Assembly (NCBI GenBank): GCA_902472555.1
Contig: CABROF010000001.1
Span: 108,404-172,403, forward strand
Length of the DNA: 64,000 nt
DNA from: an uncultured Oscillospiraceae bacterium
Lineage (GTDB): Bacteria; Bacillota; Clostridia; UBA1212; UBA1255
Direction: 5' to 3'
Shown here one piece after another: positions 30,080 to 40,520 of this stretch. The notes under the pieces were generated by a model. That model worked only from the letters and a program-made list of their open reading frames with translations. It did no database searches and was not told the DNA's origin. Within the stretch, counting starts at the first letter, position 1. Each line of letters opens with the position of its first letter. A program made the position numbers and the translations under genes.

Positions 30080-31084
30080 TCACGGATTTTCCGTTCCGCC
30101 CTCCGCTTCCGCACCTTTCTTTGGGGAAGACGGCACAGACGGCAGAGAAAGCAATTCTTCCGAAGTTTCCCGCAAAATATAGATTGGACGCTTTTTCACC
30201 TCGAGATAAGTTTTTGCAAGATACTGGCCTAAAATGCCAATGCTGAAAAGCTGTATTCCGCTGAGCATGAAAATAATGCAGATCATAGACGCCCATCCGT
30301 AAGCAGAACCGCTCCAGATTAATTCTCGGATCACAATTACAATAATTGCGATAAAAGAAAGAAAACATAATAAAATACCGACAATTGAGGAAATTGCCAG
30401 GGGCGCCGTGGAAAATGCTACAATTCCTTCAATAGAATATAAAAGCAGCTTCCAAAACGACCACTTTGTCTCCCCGTCGATACGTTCAATATTTTCATAC
30501 TCCAGCCATTTGGTCCGATATCCGACCCACCCGAATATTCCTTTTGAAAAACGGTTGTATTCCGAGACACGAATGATCGAATCAACCATTTTACGGTTCA
30601 TCAGGCGAAAATCCCGCGCTCCGTCAACAATATTAGTCTTGCTGATCTTCCGCATAATTCTATAAAAACAACGGGCAAAAAAAGAACGGATCTTGGGCTC
30701 GCCCTTTCTGCTTACGCGGCGGGTTGCCGCACAATCATAGCCCTCTTCCTCCAGTGTCCGGATCATTTCCGGCAGCAGTGAGGGCGGGTCCTGCAGATCC
30801 GCATCCATAATGGCAACATAGTCTCCCCTGGAAGCCTCCATACCGGCATACATCGCCGCTTCTTTTCCGAAATTTCTGGAAAAGGACAGATACCGGACCC
30901 GCGGATCCTCTGCTGCATATGCTTTCAAGAGTGCCAGCGTACCGTCCTCCGACCCGTCATCCACAAAAATAAATTCAAATTCCTTATCCGTAATTTCGCC
31001 TGCAATTCTTTTGATTTCCTCCCAAAAATGCGGCAGCGCCTTTTCTTCATAAAAGCACGGTACAATGATCGATATTTTCTTCAT
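30080..31084 (-). CDS. GT2 polyprenyl-phosphate glycosyltransferase (GtrB/ArnC-like)
   Basis: Start at MKKISIIVPCF with GGAGG upstream. VDDGSEDGT and DADLQDPP motifs. Two C-terminal TM helices. Confidence 0.8.
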   Translation of the reverse strand: MKKISIIVPCFYEEKALPHFWEEIKRIAGEITDKEFEFIFVDDGSEDGTLALLKAYAAEDPRVRYLSFSRNFGKEAAMYAGMEASRGDYVAIMDADLQDPPSLLPEMIRTLEEEGYDCAATRRVSRKGEPKIRSFFARCFYRIMRKISKTNIVDGARDFRLMNRKMVDSIIRVSEYNRFSKGIFGWVGYRTKWLEYENIERIDGETKWSFWKLLLYSIEGIVAFSTAPLAISSIVGILLCFLSFIAIIVIVIRELIWSGSAYGWASMICIIFMLSGIQLFSIGILGQYLAKTYLEVKKRPIYILRETSEELLSLPSVPSSPKKGAEAEGGTENP

Positions 31085-31122
31085 TGTTTCTGCTCCGCCT
31101 CCCTTATTGCAATCATCTTTTA

Positions 31123-32070
31123 TCAAAGCGGTCCTTCCCCCAGCCGCCGCATCAGCTCCTGAAAGTCTGCCGGCGGTTCCGCTGTAAAAAACATTTCTTT
31201 GCCATCAGCCGGGTGAAGGAAGTGCAGCTGCTGCGCATGAAGCGCCTGACCGTTGATTCCTCTTTTATTTTTATAGCCGTATACCGGATCACCTGTCACA
31301 GGATGTCCGATATATGCCAGGTGTACGCGTATTTGATGGGTACGGCCTGTCTCAAGCCTGCAGGACACAAGCGAACAGCAGGCATAACGCTCCAGCACGG
31401 TATAATGCGTGACAGCCGGCTTTCCGTTTTTTAAGTTCACGCACATGCGCTTGCGGTCTGTGGGATGACGTCCGACCGGTGCGTCAACCGTGCCGCCCGG
31501 CTCGGAAAGAATCCCTTCAACGACTGCCAAATACTGCCGGAACATCGTATGCGTCTGCAGCTGCCGCGACAAGCATATGTGTGCATGGTTATTCTTTGCC
31601 GCAACGAGCAAACCGGTGGTATCTTTATCAATCCGGTGCACGATTCCCGGCCGCCTGACTCCGTTAATATCGGATAAATCGCTGCAATGATACAAAAGCG
31701 CATTCACCAGCGTCCCGCTGATATTTCCCGCCGCAGGATGCACCACCATGCCGCGGCATTTATTAATCACAATTACATCCTGATCTTCATAGATAATATC
31801 AATGGGGATATTTTCCGGCAGAATTTCTGCCGGCTCAGGCTCAGGCACCAGCACGGAAAGGCAGTCCTCAGCTTTTACACGGTAATTCGGCCGGCTGCGT
31901 GCACCGTTTACCAGAATACATCCCTCTTCTATCAGCTTCTGTCCGTAACTGCGGCTCGAAAGGCCGGCCATCGGATGCTTTGCCAGATATTGATCAAGCC
32001 GCTCTCCTGCTTCTTCCGGCGGGACAGTCAGAAAAATGCGATCTTCTTCTGTCATATTATATAAAATCAT
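31123..32070 (-). CDS. rluD: RluA-family 23S rRNA pseudouridine synthase (RluD-like)
   Basis: S4 domain plus the catalytic HRIDKDTTG motif. Confidence 0.85.
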   Translation of the reverse strand: MILYNMTEEDRIFLTVPPEEAGERLDQYLAKHPMAGLSSRSYGQKLIEEGCILVNGARSRPNYRVKAEDCLSVLVPEPEPAEILPENIPIDIIYEDQDVIVINKCRGMVVHPAAGNISGTLVNALLYHCSDLSDINGVRRPGIVHRIDKDTTGLLVAAKNNHAHICLSRQLQTHTMFRQYLAVVEGILSEPGGTVDAPVGRHPTDRKRMCVNLKNGKPAVTHYTVLERYACCSLVSCRLETGRTHQIRVHLAYIGHPVTGDPVYGYKNKRGINGQALHAQQLHFLHPADGKEMFFTAEPPADFQELMRRLGEGPL

Positions 32071-32115
32071 GAGCTTGTCCTTCCTGTGTATTTCCGTATC
32101 TGCCGCTTGATTTCT

Positions 32116-32781
32116 CTAATCTTTTTCTTCTGTTTTACACTCGGAGGGGGAATCTGCCTCCGCATGAAAAAATTCTGTATCCGCCTGCGGCGGTACTGCT
32201 CCGCCGCCTCTTTCCAACTCCGCGGACCGCGTCTTCGTATGCATCATACGGCTGGCATAGGTATCCGGCCGTATGACAGAACCGTTCTTCAGGAAAAACA
32301 ATACATAAATAAGCAGCAAAAAACACCCTACCGTTATACACATATCCGCAAAGTTAAAGTTTGGGAAGCGATAGCCGAAAATATGAAAGCTCAAAAAATC
32401 CACCACATACCCATTCCTCACACGATCAATTACATTTCCCGCCGCGCCGCTCAGAATCAAAACCAGGCATGCAGAAAAGATGCGTGAGGAAGATGCATAA
32501 ATGAGGTAAGCGATCAGCAGCGATGCAAGAATGGTGAAAACAGCCAGCCATGCAGTATGATCAGCAAAAATCCCCCAAGCCGCGCCGGTATTTTCTGCGT
32601 ATTCCAGCTGAAAAAAACCTTTTATAACTGTAATTGTGTGATTCTTTATTTCCCGGGAAATCACCCATTTTGTGAATTGATCAACGCAAGCCAATGCCGC
32701 CGCGCCTGCGCAGCAAATCAGAAAGCGCCGCCAAATGATACCTTTTCCTATCTGCTTTTGTTCCTGCTTCATATTCTTCAC
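32116..32781 (-). CDS. lspA: Lipoprotein signal peptidase II with an unusual ~55 aa charged C-terminal extension
   Basis: Core LspA motifs (VDQFTK, FQLEYAENTGAAWG, NVIDR), then the tail ..ELERGGGAVPPQADTEFFHAEADSPSECKTEEKD. Confidence 0.75.
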   Translation of the reverse strand: MKNMKQEQKQIGKGIIWRRFLICCAGAAALACVDQFTKWVISREIKNHTITVIKGFFQLEYAENTGAAWGIFADHTAWLAVFTILASLLIAYLIYASSSRIFSACLVLILSGAAGNVIDRVRNGYVVDFLSFHIFGYRFPNFNFADMCITVGCFLLLIYVLFFLKNGSVIRPDTYASRMMHTKTRSAELERGGGAVPPQADTEFFHAEADSPSECKTEEKD

Positions 32782-32820
32782 CCTATCCCCTATTCCCCTA
32801 TAAATGCAGATTCGAACTTT

Positions 32821-34635
32821 TTATGGCGCCGGGGCTTCCGTAGACTGCGTGCCGACCGTATAAATATGCCATTTTGAAAAGTCTCCCAGCGGATCCCACG
32901 CACATACGAGATCGATGCCTTTTATCTGATCGGCGGCGGTAACAGCACCGCTTCGAAAATACAATCCGAACATCGGCAGCTCGTCCTCCAATATCTGTCG
33001 GATCTGCGTTGTTATCGGTTCACAATATGCAGAAAGATCCGTAAAATCTGAACCCTCATAGGCCAGATACAGCGCGTTGGACAACGTATCCAGCCGGCTG
33101 TTGGTATACCCGCAAAAATTCAGGCTCCCGCGGCTGCCGAATACAGCATAAAAGTCAGGCCAAAAGCCGACATTTAATTTTACGGCGGCGATAGAATAGT
33201 TCCGGCTGTTTAATGCCGTTTCAAATTGACCGCCGTCGATTGTGGTCACTGACAAGACAATACCAAACTCCGCCAGCTGCTGTTTCAAATAATTAGAAAG
33301 ATATGCCATCTCCATATCAGCGGCAGAGATCAGGCAGGTGACCGTAAGCCTGTTTTTCTTAGCAGTATCGCCGGTCTTATACCAATATCCCGTTGCAGGA
33401 TCCTTCTGATATCCCGCCAGGCCCAGATAATAAAAAACCTGCTCCTCATCCTTTTCATAAACACTCCCGCGTTCACGCCAGTAATAGGTTCCGGAAAACA
33501 CAGGCCATTTAGCCGCCGTCCCCCAGCCTGAAGCACCGATATTTACCGCGCCGCTGCTGTCAAAGCAATAGGAAAGCGCTTTTCTGACATTCAGATCATA
33601 TATCGGATCTCCGCTGTTTTTTGCCGTCAGATTCGGGACCAGACAAACAAAGCCTCTATCCGCATATTTATACGACTGATATCCGGCTTTCTGCGCATAT
33701 TGCGCTACAGATTCCTCGCGGAATACAAACAAATCTGCATCTGATTCATTCTTTTCACGTTCATTTGCGAATTGGAGAAGTGCAATCGTATCGATATACG
33801 GCAGGTCAGACCAGTAGTCCGTATTTCGCTCAAACCGGATGCAGCTTTCCGAATGATCCAGGTACCGGTACATCCCGGTTCCCACCGGCGCACGGTCGTC
33901 AGCAGTGCCCCCTTTTAAGATCGGAAAATATAATTTACACGGTAAAAACGCATCCGGCTGGGATAGCGTAAAGCGAACGCTGTATTCTGATGTGGCCGTA
34001 CAGCTTAGGACGCCGGCAACACACGGCCCGTAAGAACCGCCGTTTTGTATCAGCCATGATACGGTTGCAGTCACATCCGCAGCATGAAACACCGTGCCAT
34101 CATGCCATTTTACCCCTTCTCTCAGCGTAAAATCCCACGTACGCCCGCCATCTGCCGTTTCCCACCCGACAGCCAGCTCCTCCGCGGCAGCCTGGCTGTG
34201 ATCAAGTCGTATTAAGGAGTCAAATACCAGCGACATATAACATTTGATATCCTCGTTATTTGTTTTCAGCGGATTGAGCGTGTCCAATCCGCTCACGCCC
34301 ATAGAGACACCCCCTCCTGCAGCCGGCTGTACGATAATTCCGCTGTTTTGCTCCGGGGCAGGCGTTACGTCAAAGGGAATTGTCGGCAGAGGCGTCCGCT
34401 CGTCTATATAACTGCTGCCGCAGCCCGAAGCAGCAGCAAATAAAGCAAACGCGAAAAGGCCGCACAGCAGGCACAGCACCATCCGGCGGCTTCTCTTGAA
34501 ATAGCCTTTGCCCTTTCCGCCTTTATCGCGATTGAAAAAAACCGCGTTCTGACGTTTCATTTCGTTCCTTCTGCTTGTCAAAATCTTTTCCTTTCTTGTT
34601 TTCTGCCGCGCTGCGGCGCGTGCGCCGCAGCACAC
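32821..34635 (-). CDS. ABC-transporter substrate-binding lipoprotein, family 5 (oligopeptide/nickel type); orphan
   Basis: 604 aa, lipobox AASGCGSS, SBP_bac_5 core (KWHDGT..). No cognate permease or ATPase in the window. Confidence 0.7.
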   Translation of the reverse strand: MCCGARAAARQKTRKEKILTSRRNEMKRQNAVFFNRDKGGKGKGYFKRSRRMVLCLLCGLFAFALFAAASGCGSSYIDERTPLPTIPFDVTPAPEQNSGIIVQPAAGGGVSMGVSGLDTLNPLKTNNEDIKCYMSLVFDSLIRLDHSQAAAEELAVGWETADGGRTWDFTLREGVKWHDGTVFHAADVTATVSWLIQNGGSYGPCVAGVLSCTATSEYSVRFTLSQPDAFLPCKLYFPILKGGTADDRAPVGTGMYRYLDHSESCIRFERNTDYWSDLPYIDTIALLQFANEREKNESDADLFVFREESVAQYAQKAGYQSYKYADRGFVCLVPNLTAKNSGDPIYDLNVRKALSYCFDSSGAVNIGASGWGTAAKWPVFSGTYYWRERGSVYEKDEEQVFYYLGLAGYQKDPATGYWYKTGDTAKKNRLTVTCLISAADMEMAYLSNYLKQQLAEFGIVLSVTTIDGGQFETALNSRNYSIAAVKLNVGFWPDFYAVFGSRGSLNFCGYTNSRLDTLSNALYLAYEGSDFTDLSAYCEPITTQIRQILEDELPMFGLYFRSGAVTAADQIKGIDLVCAWDPLGDFSKWHIYTVGTQSTEAPAP

Positions 34636-34658
34636 AACAGCGCTGCCCGCTAAAACGC

Positions 34659-35621
34659 TTACCGAAGCCCGATAAAAGCAGCCATGGCGCCTGTCTTTCC
34701 ATGGTCTCTTCTATGGGAAAACCACCGCTCCGGATCACAGCTGGTACAAATTCCGGTTACATCGATGTGCTCCGGGCAGACGCCGCATTCCGTCAGCGTT
34801 GCAAAAATAAACCGTTCTAAAGAAATATATCCTTTGGAAGCCGCCTCCGAATCCTTTTTTTCGCCGGCTTCCGTACATCTGCGCATACACATATAATCCG
34901 GATCTTCCGCAAGACTGCCGAAGGCTCCGAAGAACGCTTCACAAACCTCTGGGCCCACCTCAAAGCAGCACATTCCGATACAGGGACCGATCACAACGGA
35001 TAAGTCCTCGGGAGCGCTTCCAAAGCACAGGGCCATTTTACGTACCACATTTCTGCTGATTCGTTCCGCAGTCCCGCGCCAGCCGGAATGCGCCAGGCCC
35101 ACCGCTTTGTGTACCGGGTCATAGAACAGAACCGGTACGCAGTCTCCATGTATGGTACATAAAGTGATTCCCCTTGTGTTGGTAACCATTGCATCATAAC
35201 CGCAGGCAAGAATCTCATCCGGTGTCTGTCTGGCCACGCCGATTCCCCGCAGCGCCTGCGTCACATGCAGTACGCGGCCGCTGTGAACCTGGGGAACACA
35301 GGTAATAGAATCCAAAGGAACATCCAATGCATATGCCGCCCGCCTGTAGTTTTCCATGACCCGGGTGCGGGCATTCTCTCTGCGGAAGCTTAAATTCAAG
35401 CTGCGGCATCTGCCCTCGGAAACGCCGCCGCTTCTTGCCGTAAATCCGTGAACAAGCGCCGCATCCGTATGCCCTGCGGCAGACACGCGCCCCACAGCCT
35501 CCGATAATCGGTCAAACTGCAAAAGAATAACCGGATCTGCCGAATCCACCGCTTCTTCTGCCCGGCCGCTCTTTTGATCCCCACAGGGTTCCTTTATATA
35601 AACTGTTTTGTACCGATACAT
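34659..35621 (-). CDS. pgeF: Peptidoglycan editing factor PgeF / YfiH (Cu-oxidase_4 family)
   Basis: Conserved His/Cys triad context (TIHGDC, LAHSGWRG) of the YfiH family. Confidence 0.85.
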   Translation of the reverse strand: MYRYKTVYIKEPCGDQKSGRAEEAVDSADPVILLQFDRLSEAVGRVSAAGHTDAALVHGFTARSGGVSEGRCRSLNLSFRRENARTRVMENYRRAAYALDVPLDSITCVPQVHSGRVLHVTQALRGIGVARQTPDEILACGYDAMVTNTRGITLCTIHGDCVPVLFYDPVHKAVGLAHSGWRGTAERISRNVVRKMALCFGSAPEDLSVVIGPCIGMCCFEVGPEVCEAFFGAFGSLAEDPDYMCMRRCTEAGEKKDSEAASKGYISLERFIFATLTECGVCPEHIDVTGICTSCDPERWFSHRRDHGKTGAMAAFIGLR

Positions 35622-35826
35622 ACCAACCTCCGTTATCTTTGAAACATCAGTGGAAACATCAGGGTGGGAGCCTCTTTCGTATTGTACTACAACCGTTCAG
35701 TGTTGGCAAATGAAAAAGGCGTTTGCGGCCCTGTCTAAAAGCTGTTATACTATCAAAGACGTTTATTGTAATAGATTTTGACGCGGCGCGCCTTTGCGGT
35801 CAGGCTGCGGGAAAGCAGGGATTTAT

Positions 35827-36663
35827 ATGTTGCATATCGGCTGTCATTTATCTTCGTCAAAGGGATACGCGCATATGGCAGAAGAAGCGCTGTCCATCGG
35901 AGGAAACACCTTTCAGTTTTTTACAAGAAACCCGCGGGGCGGCCAGGCCAAGGCCATTGATCCTGCAGACATTGCCGCGTTTTTATCAGCAGCCGCGGCG
36001 CACGCATTTGCGCCGGTCATGGCACATGCACCGTATACCCTGAACCCCTGTGCAGAAAAAGCCTATGTCCGGGAATTTACGCAGAATACAATGGCAGACG
36101 ATTTAAAACGCCTCGAATGGACCCCTGGCAATTATTATAATTTTCATCCGGGCAGTCATGTCGGCCAGGGCAGTGAAATAGGGATTGCGATGATTGCGGA
36201 TATGTTGAACAAAATTATCAGACCGGAGCAGCACACAAAAATTCTTTTAGAGACCATGTCCGGCAAGGGCAGTGAGGTGGGAGGCAAATTTGAAGAACTC
36301 AGAGCCATCATGGACAGAGTGGATCATGCGGAAATGCTCGGCGTCTGTCTGGATACCTGCCATGTTTATGATGCCGGCTATGATATTGTAAATAATCTGG
36401 ACGGCGTGCTGGCGGAGTTTGATCAGATCATCGGACTTGAGCGACTGTGTGCAGTGCATTTGAACGATAGCAAAAATCCTTTTGCCAGCCATAAAGACCG
36501 ACATGAAAAGATCGGCCGGGGTACTCTCGGACTGTCACTTTTTGCCGAGGTCATTAATCATCCCCGGCTGCGGGATCTGCCATTTTATCTGGAGACTCCG
36601 AACGAACTCGATGGTTATCGGGAGGAAATCACGCTGCTCCGCTCTTTGTATCGGGATATATAA
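35827..36663 (+). CDS. nfo: Endonuclease IV (deoxyribonuclease IV)
   Basis: Start at [12 protein letters not shown]-barrel AP-endonuclease family 2 motifs (HAPYTLN, ETMSGKG, CLDTCH). Confidence 0.85.
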   Translation: MLHIGCHLSSSKGYAHMAEEALSIGGNTFQFFTRNPRGGQAKAIDPADIAAFLSAAAAHAFAPVMAHAPYTLNPCAEKAYVREFTQNTMADDLKRLEWTPGNYYNFHPGSHVGQGSEIGIAMIADMLNKIIRPEQHTKILLETMSGKGSEVGGKFEELRAIMDRVDHAEMLGVCLDTCHVYDAGYDIVNNLDGVLAEFDQIIGLERLCAVHLNDSKNPFASHKDRHEKIGRGTLGLSLFAEVINHPRLRDLPFYLETPNELDGYREEITLLRSLYRDI

Positions 36664-36767
36664 GGATAAAAAGAATATGCGCAAATGTGAAATACCTGTC
36701 GTTGTCCCGGCGTCTTGCACCTGCGCCTTTTACAGCACAAAAACGCCGTCTATTTCAAAACTCTTTT

Positions 36768-37496
36768 TTATGATGGAAAATGTGCAAATTCTTCTTCGGT
36801 TCCGTTAAAAACATTTAAATCAATATACGTCTCCGGGCCGTCGTACCCCTTTAAGCTTCCCCTGTGGGAATACTGCCAAAAGGTCCATTCTCTGTTGTCC
36901 GGCAGCGCGGCCTTTTCATAAACGCTGCGCAGCCAGATCGGATAGGCGCAGTAGCCGCCTCGGATATACATCTCATAGATGTCAGGCGTAACATATAAGA
37001 TCGGTTTCATCTGATAATGCTGCTCTAAGGCTGCCAGCAGCGAGTCTAAAATTGCGCATACATCTGCCTTCGGCAGCGGTTCGCTTCTATATTTTCCGTA
37101 GAATTCGAGATCAATTACCGGCGGCAGCATATGGTCTGTTTTAGGTACGGTCTGAATAAAATTTTTTGCCTGAAACAGGCCGGGACTGTCATAGCTGAAA
37201 AAATGGTATGCACCTATGCGGATATCCGTCTGCATTGCGGCGGACCAATTTTCCGAAAATAAGCTGTCCTGATAACTGCTGCCTTCTGTGGCTTTAATAA
37301 AAGCAAACCGGATATCCTGCCGTGCGATCTGCTGCCAGTCAATCGTCCCCTGATAATGAGATACGTCAATTCCTCTGACCGGATATTCTGTTAAGGATGG
37401 GCTATTGAACCAAAGCCTGCCGCTGCAGAGCAATAGGCCGAGGGCGCTCAGCAAAACAAACAGCAGTACAAACCCGATAAAGAATCTCTTTTTCAT
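36768..37496 (-). CDS. GH25 muramidase (lysozyme)
   Basis: Start at MKKRFFIG. Signal anchor, then GIDVSHYQG..FAFIKATEG, typical of GH25. Confidence 0.8.
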   Translation of the reverse strand: MKKRFFIGFVLLFVLLSALGLLLCSGRLWFNSPSLTEYPVRGIDVSHYQGTIDWQQIARQDIRFAFIKATEGSSYQDSLFSENWSAAMQTDIRIGAYHFFSYDSPGLFQAKNFIQTVPKTDHMLPPVIDLEFYGKYRSEPLPKADVCAILDSLLAALEQHYQMKPILYVTPDIYEMYIRGGYCAYPIWLRSVYEKAALPDNREWTFWQYSHRGSLKGYDGPETYIDLNVFNGTEEEFAHFPS

Positions 37497-37620
37497 CGTA
37501 AATTCCCTCGATCCATGTCCGCAAGCGTCTCGAATCAATTCCGCTTTTTATTTTACCACAGATCCTTGCGTTCGCAACTGCTGCCATCATATTTTATATA
37601 TACTGCATAGCGCCGTCCTC

Positions 37621-37857
37621 TCAATAGTGCCATTTGAGAATATCATGAAACAAATACACAACGCCGGCCATCGGCCCCGGAACCGTTATATCCGTCACAT
37701 ACAGAATCCAGAGCACAAACGCTGCCGAAAATAAAATCCAGAATACAAGATACTGTGCTTTTCGGGCATTCGATTTTGCCTCAGTCTCCTGCTTGATGTC
37801 AACAAACGCATACAAAGCAATCATCGCAAACACTACTAAAAGAATCAAATATGCCAT
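37621..37857 (-). CDS. Small two-helix membrane protein, hypothetical
   Basis: 78 aa with two hydrophobic helices; plausible but unsupported. Confidence 0.3.
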   Translation of the reverse strand: MAYLILLVVFAMIALYAFVDIKQETEAKSNARKAQYLVFWILFSAAFVLWILYVTDITVPGPMAGVVYLFHDILKWHY

Positions 37858-37945
37858 AAACTGTCACCTCTTTTCCAAACCGGGTCAGGTCACAAGCCAC
37901 CAAACCACAGGGTCGGTTCCTGTTTTGCAGAGTTCGTTTTACATA

Positions 37946-39172
37946 TTACGAATGAGATGGCGCAGCCGGCTGCTGCGGCGTCTGTTCAGGCCTGTCAGCC
38001 GGCACCCGCTTGATACGCTTTTTAATCGTACCGACGACATATGTGAGCAGCGGAAATATCAGCTGCGGGAACAAGCAGTAAATCGGAATGGTATTGATTG
38101 CCCAATTCAGCATCTGGATGTTGGAGTTTGTATTGACGGAGGAAAATACCGCGATCAGTGCTGCGACTGCTCCGCCGATGGCACGGTGGGAAGATAACCC
38201 GCAGATTTGCGCTGTAGCAATATTGGTTGCGTAAAATATCACCGCCATTTTAAAAAACAGCAGAAGTAACAGCGGGAAAGCCACCATGATTTCAATTCGC
38301 GTAAAGATATCACCGATTTCTACCAGCCGTATCACTTCATATGACGGATATGATAAAATATCCGTAAGCGGGCCTAATACAAGAATATCCCGCAAAATAA
38401 CAATCAGCAGCAGCCCGGCACCTAAGAGGATTGCTCCGACGAAATACTTATACAAGCTGTTGGGATTATTCTGACCATTGGGCGCAGCACATAACTGCAG
38501 CTGTTTTGACTGCCTGCCGGAATCCGCAGCGGCAGCATATTTATTTTTGGGAACCGCTTTTTTGCCGTCCTTTACCTGCGGAAGAAACATTGTGAAGATA
38601 ATCATCTGTCCAAAGGGCACTACCGTTGCAACATGTATGCCCTGAATGTAATCCATAGGCTCCTGCTGCAAAACAGGCAGTAAATATTCAAAATTCATAT
38701 CCTTAATTAAAAATATTGTAATAAGACACACGATTGCTGTAATGATAATACTCAAAATCGCAGCTGAACTGGAAAAAAAGTCCATTCCGTATCTTGCGGC
38801 CCAAACACACAATATCAACAGCAGAGCAACAATCAAAAACTGCGGTACCCCCATAATCATATCTCCGGCAACAAACTGACTGGTTTCCTTTGCAATCAGA
38901 CAACATGCCAAAATAAAATAAAGCAGATATGCCACAGATATTATTCTTCCGACTATTTTACCAAATACAAGGTCATTAATCTCTATTAAATTTTTACCCG
39001 GATACAATGCGCATAGCTTTACATATAGAAGCGCAAGGACCATTGCAATACCGGCTGCAATCAGAAACACCAGCCACGCCTCATGCTGTACAACATGAAA
39101 TAAATACATGGGATATAGTAATGAACCTTGCATAAAACAAGCCATTATAAATAGAAATTGTCTGTTTGACAT
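37946..39172 (-). CDS. gerAB: Spore germination protein, GerAB/GerKB family (APC-type permease)
   Basis: 408 aa, about 10 TM helices; follows gerAC in the operon. Confidence 0.75.
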   Translation of the reverse strand: MSNRQFLFIMACFMQGSLLYPMYLFHVVQHEAWLVFLIAAGIAMVLALLYVKLCALYPGKNLIEINDLVFGKIVGRIISVAYLLYFILACCLIAKETSQFVAGDMIMGVPQFLIVALLLILCVWAARYGMDFFSSSAAILSIIITAIVCLITIFLIKDMNFEYLLPVLQQEPMDYIQGIHVATVVPFGQMIIFTMFLPQVKDGKKAVPKNKYAAAADSGRQSKQLQLCAAPNGQNNPNSLYKYFVGAILLGAGLLLIVILRDILVLGPLTDILSYPSYEVIRLVEIGDIFTRIEIMVAFPLLLLLFFKMAVIFYATNIATAQICGLSSHRAIGGAVAALIAVFSSVNTNSNIQMLNWAINTIPIYCLFPQLIFPLLTYVVGTIKKRIKRVPADRPEQTPQQPAAPSHS

Positions 39173-39212
39173 AACCGCGACTCCTTTTGAAGTACTCGTG
39201 CAAAGCAGGTCC

Positions 39213-40508
39213 CTATCCTTGTATCTGCGTCATCGATTCGATTAAGGAACCGGTACGCACAAGGTTCGCTGTTACCTGTACTTCTATTTTCATATTTTTA
39301 TATAATTCTTGCCAATTTTCCCGTAAACCGGTATTCCATTGTTTCGGATAGTGTCTGGATAAATATGCGCTGATTCCGAATATATCGGAGCCCAACTCTC
39401 TTGCTTTCTGAAATGCATCTAAGATCTCGTCACGAACTTCCTGTTCTGTGTGCGCAGCAATCAGCTTCATGACAGCTTCATCCCGGAGCGGAATATTCTC
39501 TGTAAGATGACCGATAGATCCGCTTATATCAACCGCAACCTTTGTACGGAGCACAGGCTCCGACCCTTCTGTATCCAATTTAATATCCGTCTTTCCGGTA
39601 GCCTTCAAAACCTCAATACTTGCCGTTGTTTCCTCACGGTCCACCGGAATGACAAGTACAGTTGACTGAACCTGATTCATGACCCAGAGAAATCCTCTTG
39701 TCTGCTTTTCGTCAAGCTTTCCGATCATTTTTCCGTCATCAATGACTGCAGACCCTGTAACAAGAAAATGATCCGGACCTTCATTATCGCTTAACGCTTC
39801 CTCCGATTTGATAATCGGAAAGAGCGAAGCCGTGAATGCACTTCTTTCTGCGATTGCATAGTCAAACAAAGTCAATGTCGGAGCCTGGGCCGCCATTCTT
39901 TGTACTTCAATCAACTTTTCAATGTCCTGGGCAGGCAGGGATTCTAATTGAGAATTGATATACAAAATATCGCCTGCCCTGCCTTCGGCAATAACCATTT
40001 TTACTAAATATCGTGTCTCATGATCCCTCAGAAAAAAATCAATATACGGGTTGATACCTTCCTGTGCCAGTTCTTCACCGAAAATAATAATCTTATTATG
40101 TGAAATATAAAGCTTTCGATTTGTCCGGTGTACCGCAGATCGAAGCATTGCAAAGATATCATTACATTCCAGCTCAACGTTCCAATAGGCCGCATCAGCG
40201 CTGTTTCCTGCGCTGTCTGTCCCTCCGGAGTTTCCTCCTTTGACAGAACTTGTGCGGACCACCTGTGCGGTTACCATCAGTCTGCTTTTTTCCGTATTTT
40301 CTTTACTTTTTTCATTTAGATGATCACATTTATCAAGGGCAATGCCTAAAACAATTGCCAGCGAGTCCAGCTCTCTTTGTGCATCGCCGCCCGAACACCC
40401 GGCAAACATCGTACACATTATAACAAGCAGCATAGACATACACAGCAATCTTATACGTGTTTTATGATATGATTTCATGATTCTGAGCCCTCCAGACATT
40501 CTGCGCAT
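39213..40508 (-). CDS. gerAC: Spore germination lipoprotein, Ger(x)C family
   Basis: 431 aa, lipobox FAGCSG, GerAC-type N- and C-terminal domains. Confidence 0.8.
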   Translation of the reverse strand: MRRMSGGLRIMKSYHKTRIRLLCMSMLLVIMCTMFAGCSGGDAQRELDSLAIVLGIALDKCDHLNEKSKENTEKSRLMVTAQVVRTSSVKGGNSGGTDSAGNSADAAYWNVELECNDIFAMLRSAVHRTNRKLYISHNKIIIFGEELAQEGINPYIDFFLRDHETRYLVKMVIAEGRAGDILYINSQLESLPAQDIEKLIEVQRMAAQAPTLTLFDYAIAERSAFTASLFPIIKSEEALSDNEGPDHFLVTGSAVIDDGKMIGKLDEKQTRGFLWVMNQVQSTVLVIPVDREETTASIEVLKATGKTDIKLDTEGSEPVLRTKVAVDISGSIGHLTENIPLRDEAVMKLIAAHTEQEVRDEILDAFQKARELGSDIFGISAYLSRHYPKQWNTGLRENWQELYKNMKIEVQVTANLVRTGSLIESMTQIQG

Positions 40509-40520
40509 TCTGAAATTATT

